Below the pieces are notes generated by a model. It was given only the letters and a program-made list of their open reading frames with translations. It was not told where the DNA came from and ran no database searches. Source: an uncultured Bacteroidota bacterium (lineage in GTDB: Bacteria > Bacteroidota > Bacteroidia > Flavobacteriales_F > PHOS-HE28). Taken from it: 64,000 nt of DNA. The DNA lies in NCBI GenBank assembly GCA_902825795.1, contig CADECG010000001.1:1476-65475 (forward strand), read 5' to 3'. Both the position numbers and the translations under genes were made by a program. The stretch's first letter is position 1. Every line of letters starts with the position of its first letter. Below are positions 53,951 to 62,115 of this stretch, in pieces.

Positions 53951-54805
53951 ATGTTCAAACGCATGTTCCTCACGTTCGCCCTGCTCAGCATGGGCTATGC
54001 TGCATTCGTGCGTTGGGTACCGATCACCTACGACACCGGCCAGCACCTTCAGGGAAGCAACCGTATCAAGGCCGAGGGTTACCTGTACACCGAAGGTGCC
54101 GCTCCGAGCGACGTGATCGTGGGCAGTTCGTTGGCCTCGCGTATGGTGGCTGACAGTCTGAAACCCGGTACCTACAACCTTGCGGTCGGCGGGCTCAGTT
54201 TGCAGGAAGGCCTTGATATCATTTCGCGAAGCGGCCGTTGGCCGGAACGTGTGTTCATCGAGACGAACATCCTTTTCCGCAAATACGACGAGGGCTTCAT
54301 CAAGGCAGTGACGGATCCGGCCCTGTTCGTGGCCCGCACGCATATACCTATCCTGCGCGAACGCAATCAACCCAGCGGTCTGTTGTTCGGCTGGTTAAAG
54401 GAGAAGGCCAAACAAGAAGTGGGGACCATGGAGGATCCGAATGTTCCCTTGGACGGCAACACGGAAGTCGCGGGCAAATTCATGCTCGATGAACAGATGA
54501 AGCTGTACACGCACATACCCGGCGGCGATACCACCGTACAGTTCATGGATCGATTGGTCCTTTCGGTAGCGGAACTCGAAGCACACGGCGTGGAAGTGTC
54601 ATTCTTCGAAATGCCGTTGGACCCCCGCTTGATGGAAATGCCGTTGGCCGAAGTGTCGCGCGCGCTTGTGCATCGGTACTTCCCTAAGCACCGGGTGTAT
54701 CAGCCTTCGCCGACAGACGGATACGTGACCACGGACGGACTGCATTTACGGAAGGAGAGTGCGCGGCGATGGAGCGGAGCATTCCGGCGAGCGCTACAGG
54801 AGTGA
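53951..54805 (+). CDS. MBOAT-associated protein, possibly an SGNH/DltD/AlgJ-like acyl-transfer partner
   Basis: Starts 4 nt after the MBOAT stop and has an N-terminal TM anchor. Candidate catalytic blocks are VIVGSSLASR (Ser), NLAVGG (Gly) and TTDGLHL (DxxH). The functional call is inference only. Confidence 0.75.
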   Translation: MFKRMFLTFALLSMGYAAFVRWVPITYDTGQHLQGSNRIKAEGYLYTEGAAPSDVIVGSSLASRMVADSLKPGTYNLAVGGLSLQEGLDIISRSGRWPERVFIETNILFRKYDEGFIKAVTDPALFVARTHIPILRERNQPSGLLFGWLKEKAKQEVGTMEDPNVPLDGNTEVAGKFMLDEQMKLYTHIPGGDTTVQFMDRLVLSVAELEAHGVEVSFFEMPLDPRLMEMPLAEVSRALVHRYFPKHRVYQPSPTDGYVTTDGLHLRKESARRWSGAFRRALQE

Positions 54806-54813
54806 CCAACAAA

Positions 54814-54841
54814 AAAGGCGACCCTAACGTGGGCCGCCTTT
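54814..54841. terminator. Bidirectional terminator shared by the MBOAT partner gene and tRNA-Ala
   Basis: AAAGGCGACCC-taacgt-GGGCCGCCTTT (one mismatch). On the minus strand the stem is followed by TTTTTTG. Confidence 0.7.
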
Positions 54842-54842
54842 C

Positions 54843-54920
<78 letters not shown>

Positions 54921-55113
54921 TACTTCAACCCGCTTTTTTTAACGGGACGCAAGTTTAGTACGATCCTCTCGAAGTCGGACATCTTGATCAACCGTGGCTT
55001 TTTCCTGCTGGGGCTAAGGGCGATTCTCAAAACGGGAACCAAAACCCTTGACGCTCGGGCCGGTCCGTCGCCTGAAACCAGCGTCAGCGGCGAAAACTCC
55101 CAAGACCGGAAGA

Positions 55114-55854
55114 TCAGAGCAGATCAAGTCTCCTGCGCAATTCCTCGCGGTGCGTGCGGCCTACCGGTATATGTATGGAACCGAGCAGCACAAGCTTCTC
55201 CTCCACCGCAGTGACTCTCCTAAGGTCGACCAGATAAGATCGGTGAACCCTGAGAAAACTGGGCGATGAGAGCTTCTCTTCGATGGAGGTAAGCGAAGCG
55301 GAAAGCATGAACCGGCGATCGGCCGTGTGCAACATCACGTAATTGCCGTCCGCTTCCACATACCGGATATCGTTCACTGCCAACTTGACCAGCCGGCCCT
55401 TGTCGCGAACGAAGATGTTGCCTGCGATCACAAAGTCCTGTCGTTGCTGTTCCACCGGTTGCTCGTCGGTGTTCACGTGCGCCGCGTAGCGCGCCAAGGC
55501 GATCTCGATCTGTGTGCGCAGATCATCCGCATCGAACGGCTTGATGATGAAGCCAGCCGGTCGTACCTGCTTCACCCTGGCCAGCGTGCCTTGGTCCGTG
55601 TGGCTCGTTACAAAGAGGAACGGAATGCGCTCTCTTGCGTTCACCTCTTCGGCTATGCGCACCCCATCGGCACCGCGCCCCAGGTTGATATCGAGCAGCA
55701 ACACATCGGGGCGGTGCTGCGCGATGGCGAGCATTGCCGATCGCGCATCGGGGCAAGTGGCGCACACGGTGTATCCGAGGTCTCCGAGCAAAGTCGCAAG
55801 GTCTGCTGCGATCAGCGCATCATCCTCGACGATCAGAATACGAACGCTGCTCAT
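55114..55854 (-). CDS. LytTR-family response regulator
   Basis: ATG 55854: MSSVRILIVEDDALIAADL...LLLDINLG...FVTSHTD.. The C-terminal LytTR part is ..FLRVHRSYLVDLRRV... ATGA overlap with the upstream kinase gene. Confidence 0.9.
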   Translation of the reverse strand: MSSVRILIVEDDALIAADLATLLGDLGYTVCATCPDARSAMLAIAQHRPDVLLLDINLGRGADGVRIAEEVNARERIPFLFVTSHTDQGTLARVKQVRPAGFIIKPFDADDLRTQIEIALARYAAHVNTDEQPVEQQRQDFVIAGNIFVRDKGRLVKLAVNDIRYVEADGNYVMLHTADRRFMLSASLTSIEEKLSSPSFLRVHRSYLVDLRRVTAVEEKLVLLGSIHIPVGRTHREELRRRLDLL

Positions 55855-57671
55855 ACGGCTCTGGTGAAGTTGCGCATCAGCGACCGCACCGCGGTCCCTC
55901 CTTCCACCGTGATGCTCCATTCAGCATCCAACCTGGCGGAGATGGTCCGCACGATACTTACCCCGGAGACTGGACCATCGCCATTCGTGGCTTGCCGCAC
56001 GGCGTGATCGAAACCGACCCCGTTGTCGCGAACTTCCAGAAACAGCTCCGTACCACGGTCACGGAAAGTCACGACCACTTCTCCGGAACGCTCATTGGGG
56101 AATCCGTGCTTGAGCGCATTCGTGATCAACTCGTTCACCACCAATCCAAGTGGCACGGCGCTGTCGACATCGAGCGCAACGGGGTCGGCCTCCACACGTA
56201 GGTCGACACGCTGCGCCATGCCATGGCTGCGCAACAAGGTGCTGGCGAGTTTGTTCAAGTAGGCCTCCATATCCACGCTCGCGATGTCGGCGTTGCGGTA
56301 CAGATCCTGGTGTACGAGCGCCATGCTCTTCACCCTGGCCAAGGCCTCGTCCAGAGCATCACGCGCATCGCCGGGTTCGGTGGCACGTGCCTGCAGTCGC
56401 AATAGGCTGCTCACGGTCTGCAGGTTGTTCTTCACACGGTGATGCAATTCTTGCAAGAGCGCCTCCTTCTCACGTAGCGCAGCGCCGATGGTCTTGTTGC
56501 TCTCTTCCAACGCTCGTGTGCCCCGCTGCTTCTGCCGATACGCCCACAAAAGCCCAGCGGCAACGATCACCAATACGACACCGATAGCGACTATGATGGC
56601 CAACTGCGCGCGCTGCCTTGCGATCAGGGCATTGCCGTGCTCAAGGTCCGCATCCTTGCGGGCCGAATCGAAGCGCTCCTGCATTTCGGCAATGCGTTCA
56701 CTGTTCTCTTCCGTGAAGAGGCTATCGCGCCAGAGAACGTGCAATTGCAAATGCAACAAAGCGCTGTCCAAGTCACCTGTTGCCTGCAAGTGGTCGCTGA
56801 TGTCGCGGTGCAAGTCGGCCCGCAGTCGGTCGAAGTGACCGGTGCTCACCAGGCGCATGGCTTTCCCCAGTAGGGTATCCGCTTCACGGTATCGACCGCT
56901 GCGCGACAGCAGGATACCCAGGTCATTGAGGATCATACAGGTCAACTGCGGATCCCCGCCACGTTCGGCGGAGCGCAATGCCGAGTAGTACAGGTCGATG
57001 GCCTCGCTTCGATCGCCTCGGCCAGCGAGGATGCCTGCTTGTGCCATACGCGCATCCACCGCGTGATCGGCGGCGCCCACCTGCTCCATGATCTCCGCCG
57101 TGCGTTCGAAGTAGGCGTAAGCGCTATCCGGCAGCCCTAACTCCATGTACACATGACCCAAGGCCTCGGAAGTCCCCGCCATCCACATGATGTCGTTGAG
57201 GCGAACAAAGGCCGCATGCGCCATCACAAGTTGCTCGCGTGCCTTCTGCGGGTGCCTCTCCGCGCTATGCACCTCGGCGATGTTCCCGCGGATCATCGCC
57301 ACTGCACGCGTGTCGCTCAGATTCTCGAACCGCTTCAGTGCTTCAAGGAAATGCGGCAACGCGGTGCCATGGCGGCCTTTCAGCAACCATGCTTGCCCGA
57401 GTTGACTTTCAGCTAATGCCTTGTTGCGTTCCGATCCCGCTTTTCGAGCAAGCGCTTCATACACGGTTGCGAAGCGCAGCGCTGAGTCAGGTTGTTGAAG
57501 GACTGTGGCCAGGAACAGTTTCTCCAGTACCGGCAGGCGTGAAGCATCCTGCGGCAGGGAGTGCAGCTTCACCAATAGGCTGTCGTTCCCCGCGAACGAC
57601 CCCGGGCAGCAAAGGATCGGAAGAAGCAGTGCCAGCCAGCGCATGCACGCAAGTTGGCGGAGAATACCCAT
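55851..57671 (-). CDS. Sensor histidine kinase: TPR-like repeats, one TM helix, HisKA_2-type H-box and an ATPase domain
   Basis: ..LAIIVAIGVVLVIVAAGLLWAY (TM)...LLQELHHRVKNNLQTVSSLLRLQ (H-box)...ELITNALKHGF...EVRDNGVGF... The N-terminal half has Ala/Leu-rich TPR-like helices. The start is uncertain (ATG 57671 or 57644); the track ORF start at 57812 would overlap the upstream gene. Confidence 0.85.
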   Translation of the reverse strand: MGILRQLACMRWLALLLPILCCPGSFAGNDSLLVKLHSLPQDASRLPVLEKLFLATVLQQPDSALRFATVYEALARKAGSERNKALAESQLGQAWLLKGRHGTALPHFLEALKRFENLSDTRAVAMIRGNIAEVHSAERHPQKAREQLVMAHAAFVRLNDIMWMAGTSEALGHVYMELGLPDSAYAYFERTAEIMEQVGAADHAVDARMAQAGILAGRGDRSEAIDLYYSALRSAERGGDPQLTCMILNDLGILLSRSGRYREADTLLGKAMRLVSTGHFDRLRADLHRDISDHLQATGDLDSALLHLQLHVLWRDSLFTEENSERIAEMQERFDSARKDADLEHGNALIARQRAQLAIIVAIGVVLVIVAAGLLWAYRQKQRGTRALEESNKTIGAALREKEALLQELHHRVKNNLQTVSSLLRLQARATEPGDARDALDEALARVKSMALVHQDLYRNADIASVDMEAYLNKLASTLLRSHGMAQRVDLRVEADPVALDVDSAVPLGLVVNELITNALKHGFPNERSGEVVVTFRDRGTELFLEVRDNGVGFDHAVRQATNGDGPVSGVSIVRTISARLDAEWSITVEGGTAVRSLMRNFTRAV

Positions 57672-57700
57672 GCGCCGATCAGCCGCTTTCGTCATACACC

Positions 57701-59683
57701 TCAACGCACCATCAGCAACTGCTGCAACATAGTCCCGTTCACCATCCGCAGCCGCAACATGTGCATACCCGATGCTATGCCGTGCAATCCCAATTCCGTG
57801 CGTGCAGGCCAAGTGCGGATCGCCCTGCCCGAACCGTCCAATAGTTCGACCGAAGCGATCAATGCGCGATCCAGCCCCACGTTCACAACCTCGCTCGCGG
57901 GGTTGGGAAAAACCGCAAAGGCATTTCCATGTGCTGACCCGTGCACCACTACAACGGGGGAGTCTTCGCTAGTTCCATCGTAGTCCACTTGGCGCATGCG
58001 GTAATAGCTGGTGAGCGCGGTAGCATTGGGATCAATGAGCGAGTAGTGCAACGTGCTTTGACTATGGCCCGCACCATTCACCCACCCGACGAGTTGGAAC
58101 TCCCCTTCTCCTTGACGCAAGCGCCAAAGCTCGAAACCACTGTTGTCCTGCTCGGTGGTGGTTGACCAGTCCAAGCGCACGTGCTGCGCATTGAGGCGCT
58201 CGCCACTGAATGCGACCAGTTCCACGGATAGTGGCCCCCCTGGCTGGGTGTACAAAGCCGTGTAGGCATCGGACATTCCAGCGGAAACAATGTTGGTAGT
58301 GCCTGCACCCGGCTGCATGTCCATACTCCCGGGAAAGCCGCCAACAATGGCAATGGAGGCATTGCTATCCACAGCGATCGCTTCAGCGTCCATGTTGGCC
58401 GGAGCATTCAATTGGAAGGACCAATCGAGGGTGCCGCCCGGCGCGTAGCGCAACACGTATCCATCACGTCCAGTGGAAGGCACCAAGTTGACCACACTTA
58501 ACCCGGGGTCCACATCAGTAGTTCCTGAGAAGGTGCCAGTGGCGTAAATGTTGTTCTGCGCATCGACCGCGATCCCGCGACCTTCGTTCAAGAATCCGGT
58601 GAGTAGGAACGACCATAGATAGAGGCCTGTGCCAGTGAGCTTGGCGACGAACGAATCCTCATTGAACGAGCCGGCGAGAGGTACGAACGGCGCGCCGGGG
58701 TCCATGTCAGTCTGTGAGGTCATGAAGCCGGTGAAGACACAATTGTTCAGCGCGTCAACAGCCACTGCACGTGCGCGTTCGGTACCGGTGCCACCGAAGC
58801 GGTGGGCCCATTGCAAAATGGCGGCAGCATCAAGCCGCATCAGGAACATGTCCGCATCACCCGCTGAAACCCGGTTCAACACAACTGCGCTGGGATCGAA
58901 GTCGACAGTGTTCCGGAACTCTCCGGCGATAACGGCATGACCAGTAGGGGTGACAGCAATGCTCCAACCAATATCGTTCGCTGTGCCGCCGATCCCAACA
59001 CCCCAAACGAAGTTGCCGCTCGCATCAAGCTTCTGGATGAAGATGTCGTTGAGCCCGTTGCCACCCTGCGTTGCAACGCCCGCACCGGGATCGAGATCAG
59101 CAACACCACCGATCTGTCCTGTGGTATAGACGTTCCCTGCGGCATCTGTACCGATATCGCGACCGGTATCGGGGCTTGATCCACCGAATATCCTTCCCCA
59201 GAGGAATGACCCGGTGGGCGAGAGCTTCACCACGAATACATCGAAGCCCGTGTTGGATGTGGATACCGTGAAAACGCCAGCTGTAGGATCGAGATCCACG
59301 GTGCCGGCGATGCGACCGGTGATGATGACATTGTTGAGCAGATCGATAGCAACCGCCCAGCCCTCATCGGTGGTGATCCCGCCCAGCGCGGCGCCCCATA
59401 GGAAGTTGCCATTGGCATCCACCTTCCGCACGAAAATGTCTTGGCTACTGCTGATAGAAGAAACGTTGAAGGTGCCCGGCCCGGGGTTGAGGTCGATACT
59501 GGAACCAGTGGAAGTGACGAACGAACCGACAGTGATCACGTTCCCGTTCGCATCGATCGCCACACCCTTTGCATGCTCTTGCGAAGCAGAACCCGTGGCA
59601 TGGGCCCATTGCAGGGTTTGAGCGTTGGCGTAAAGCAGTGGCGCAATGGCGCAAGTCAATAGCGTAGCTCGATATGAGGTCAT
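57701..59683 (-). CDS. Secreted SBBP-type beta-propeller repeat protein with a T9SS type A CTD
   Basis: ATG 59683: MTSYRATLLTCAIAPLLYANAQ. There are ~10 repeats of ..G.......A.D..GN.Y.TG.F.G..D.DPG.G.......G..D.FV.K... The C-terminus is ..FAVFPNPASEVVNVG....SVELLDGSGRAIRTW......GIASGMHMLRL... Confidence 0.9.
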   Translation of the reverse strand: MTSYRATLLTCAIAPLLYANAQTLQWAHATGSASQEHAKGVAIDANGNVITVGSFVTSTGSSIDLNPGPGTFNVSSISSSQDIFVRKVDANGNFLWGAALGGITTDEGWAVAIDLLNNVIITGRIAGTVDLDPTAGVFTVSTSNTGFDVFVVKLSPTGSFLWGRIFGGSSPDTGRDIGTDAAGNVYTTGQIGGVADLDPGAGVATQGGNGLNDIFIQKLDASGNFVWGVGIGGTANDIGWSIAVTPTGHAVIAGEFRNTVDFDPSAVVLNRVSAGDADMFLMRLDAAAILQWAHRFGGTGTERARAVAVDALNNCVFTGFMTSQTDMDPGAPFVPLAGSFNEDSFVAKLTGTGLYLWSFLLTGFLNEGRGIAVDAQNNIYATGTFSGTTDVDPGLSVVNLVPSTGRDGYVLRYAPGGTLDWSFQLNAPANMDAEAIAVDSNASIAIVGGFPGSMDMQPGAGTTNIVSAGMSDAYTALYTQPGGPLSVELVAFSGERLNAQHVRLDWSTTTEQDNSGFELWRLRQGEGEFQLVGWVNGAGHSQSTLHYSLIDPNATALTSYYRMRQVDYDGTSEDSPVVVVHGSAHGNAFAVFPNPASEVVNVGLDRALIASVELLDGSGRAIRTWPARTELGLHGIASGMHMLRLRMVNGTMLQQLLMVR

Positions 59684-59806
59684 GGTGTTGGGTAATGAGA
59701 GGGCGACCGGCCCCGGATGTCCGAACCTAGCGCGACGAAGTGGTCGTTCGAACCCGAGTGTGGCGAACGACAGGTCGTTCGGTGCGAACAACGGTCGATG
59801 ATGAAG

Positions 59807-59822
59807 CCCCCCGGGGGGGGGG
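59807..59822. repeat. Homopolymeric C6-G10 tract (self-complementary)
   Basis: gaaGCCCCCCGGGGGGGGGGCTCCCCCa. It lies 12 nt beyond the AKR stop and ~125 nt upstream of the SBBP gene start, all on the minus strand. Confidence 0.9.
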
Positions 59823-59833
59823 CTCCCCCAACC

Positions 59834-60802
59834 CTATCTGGCCAACATCGCGTCGATCCGGGTCATTACGTCGGGTGTGATCACATCCTGCGCATCGACG
59901 GCCTTCAGGTTCTCTTCCAGCTGAGCTGTCCTGCTTGCGCCCAAGATCACCGTGCTCACGTTCGGGTTCTTCAAGCACCACGCTAAAGCGAACACGGGCA
60001 GCGACAAGTCAAGACTGTCGGCCACCTCCTTTACTTCCTTCACTTTCTTCACCCTTGCTTCCGTGAGTTCACGTTCGCGCAACCAATCGAGACCCGCCAT
60101 CCGCATGCGCGAGGATGCGTCACCTTCCAACGTGTGCTTTCCGCTGAGAACGCCACTGGCCAGCGGGCTCCAGATCGTGGTGCCGAGGCCGATCGTGCTG
60201 TAAAGAGGCGCGAGCTCTTTCTCCACCTTCTCGCGGTGGAACATGTTGTATTGCGGTTGCTCCACTACCGGAGCAATGAGATGATGCTTCTCGGCGATCG
60301 CGTGGGCCTTCGCGATCTCCTCAGAACTCCACTCACTGGTTCCCCAGTACATCACCTTGCCCTGCATGATCAGTTGGTGCATCGTCCATACCGTCTCCGC
60401 GATCGGCGTTTCGGGGTCGGGACGATGGCAGAAGAACAGGTCGAGGTACTCCACCTGCAACCGAGCGAGTGCAGCATGGCAGGCTTCCACCACATGCTTC
60501 CGGTGGAGACCCACTTGTGTGGGGAGTTTGCCGCCAGCGCCGAAGAAGACCTTACTGCTCAAGATCCATGTGTCGCGGGGCCATTCCATTTTTCTCAGGA
60601 TGCGGCCCATCACGCGTTTGCTCTCGCCCCGTGAATAGATCTCCGCATTATCGAAGAAGTTGATGCCGTTGTCGTAAGCGACCTTCATCAACGCCTCGGC
60701 CGTGGCGTCGTCGATCTGTTTGCCGAAGGTGAGCCAGGAGCCGAGAGAGAGTTCGGAGACTTGAAGGCCGGAGGTGCCGAGGCGGCGGTAACGCATGTTC
60801 AT
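59834..60802 (-). CDS. Aldo/keto reductase (Kv-beta-subunit-like family)
   Basis: M(NM)RYRRLGTSGLQVSELSLGSWLTFG.......A....AYDNGINFFDNAEIYS.GESE/K...G... Confidence 0.9.
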   Translation of the reverse strand: MNMRYRRLGTSGLQVSELSLGSWLTFGKQIDDATAEALMKVAYDNGINFFDNAEIYSRGESKRVMGRILRKMEWPRDTWILSSKVFFGAGGKLPTQVGLHRKHVVEACHAALARLQVEYLDLFFCHRPDPETPIAETVWTMHQLIMQGKVMYWGTSEWSSEEIAKAHAIAEKHHLIAPVVEQPQYNMFHREKVEKELAPLYSTIGLGTTIWSPLASGVLSGKHTLEGDASSRMRMAGLDWLRERELTEARVKKVKEVKEVADSLDLSLPVFALAWCLKNPNVSTVILGASRTAQLEENLKAVDAQDVITPDVMTRIDAMLAR

Positions 60803-61052
60803 TCGGTAAAGGTGTGGCGATATGAACCGTGGTTGACAACTTCTTCAAGCCTTACACTGCTTTCAGATACGCTTCATATAGCCGCGCGAGATTTGCTTTC
60901 ACAAGATCGGAACATGAAGCCTTATCCACGCGCGCACCGAACGACGGGCCACCGCCAGCAGCGGGCCCTGCACCACACGTGTACTCCATGCCCGGGAGGG
61001 CTTGGTCCGGCCGAACAGGCAACGTGAGTTGCGCCTTGCGCTCGCCAACAGG

Positions 61053-61078
61053 AAAAGGACCCGGGGACGGGTCCTTTT
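61053..61078 (+). terminator. Terminator-like hairpin 24 nt upstream of the RidA ATG (role unclear: attenuator or sRNA 3' end)
   Basis: AAAAGGACCC-ggggac-GGGTCCTTTT, followed by CTTTTCC. No plus-strand gene lies upstream of it. Confidence 0.45.
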
Positions 61079-61101
61079 CTTTTCCTGCCCAACTTCGCCG
61101 C

Positions 61102-61518
61102 ATGGGTAACGAAGGCATTAACAGTAGCAAGGCGCCTGAGGCAGTGGGCCATTATCCGCACGCGCGGAGAGTTGGTGACCTTTTGTTCCTGAGCGGCGTT
61201 GGACCGCGGGAGCGCGGGACGAAAAAGATCCCGGGCGTGGAACTTGACGCCAACGGTAACATCGCACACTACGACATGGAGACGCAGGTGCGCAGCGTGT
61301 TCCAAAACGTGAAGTGGATCCTGGAGGAGTCCGGCTCCTCGTGGGAGAAGATCGTGGATGTCACGGTATACCTGACGAACATGAAGGATGATTTCCCGAC
61401 GTACAACCGGCTGTGGAAAGAGTACTTCGAGAAAGACCCGCCCTGCCGCACAACGCTGGAGATCAACTGCCTGCCCACACCCATTGCGATCGAGCTGAAG
61501 GTGGTGGCCACCGTTTAG
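61102..61518 (+). CDS. RidA/YjgF-family reactive-intermediate deaminase
   Basis: ATG 61102: MGNEGINSSKAPEAVGHYPHARRVGDLLFLSGVGPR...VDVTVYL.....F...N..W.EYF....P.RTT....LP....IE....A. Confidence 0.85.
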   Translation: MGNEGINSSKAPEAVGHYPHARRVGDLLFLSGVGPRERGTKKIPGVELDANGNIAHYDMETQVRSVFQNVKWILEESGSSWEKIVDVTVYLTNMKDDFPTYNRLWKEYFEKDPPCRTTLEINCLPTPIAIELKVVATV

Positions 61519-61520
61519 CC

Positions 61521-62048
61521 ATGGATCGCGCGCTCATCGCCACAGCATTGCTGAAGAACCACGGCGCGTTCTTGGCACGCATCCGGTCAGTGCCGGTCGA
61601 TCAGCTTGACAAGTCGCGTAACGGGAAGTGGACACCGGCTCAACACCTGGAGCATGTTCAACGAGCCATTTCCCCGGTATCCTGGGCTTTGATGGTACCA
61701 AAATGGTTCCTCCGCTGGCGCTTCGGTAAACCCAACCGCACGCCGCGCGATTACGAAGGCCTCGTGAAGCGTTACAACGAAAAGCTGGCCGCCGGAGGAC
61801 GGGCATCCGGCCGTTTCGTGCCACCGAATGTTCCATCCAAGGCGGTGGAGAGGATTTCCGCATCCGTGCAACGCATCGTTGCAACCATGACGCGACGTGT
61901 TGGTGCTTGGTCGGAGCAGGATCTGGACACGGTGTTGCTACCTCACCCCTTGCTTGGCAAGTTGACAGTGCGCAAGATGCTCTTCTTCACCATCTACCAT
62001 GCGCAACACCATCGCGCGTTAGTTGACCGGGACTACCCGACCACGTAA
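61521..62048 (+). CDS. DinB-family (DinB_2) four-helix metalloprotein
   Basis: ATG 61521. ..KWTPAQHLEHV.. and the C-terminal ..HPLLGKLTVRKMLFFTIYHAQHH.. supply the His triad-like residues. Confidence 0.75.
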   Translation: MDRALIATALLKNHGAFLARIRSVPVDQLDKSRNGKWTPAQHLEHVQRAISPVSWALMVPKWFLRWRFGKPNRTPRDYEGLVKRYNEKLAAGGRASGRFVPPNVPSKAVERISASVQRIVATMTRRVGAWSEQDLDTVLLPHPLLGKLTVRKMLFFTIYHAQHHRALVDRDYPTT

Positions 62049-62115
62049 TGAGGCTACCCAAATGTCGGTGTGACCGATCCTAACTTGCCCGCCTAAGGAA
62101 GTTCCGTAGGATCCC

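Noticed and set aside
59746-59753. GTTCGAAC (T-loop-like GGTTCGAAC on the minus strand), which suggested a second tRNA.
   Set aside because: The flanking bases do not form a T-stem, acceptor stem or anticodon arm. It is part of the alternating-word hairpin region.
60990-61050. GGTCCGG..GAAC..AGGCA followed by a GNRA hairpin, which looked superficially like the SRP (4.5S) RNA domain IV.
   Set aside because: The conserved GGAAGCAGC / symmetric-loop sequence is not present and no complementary 5'/3' closing helix could be drawn. The region is kept only as an unclassified structured region in the findings.
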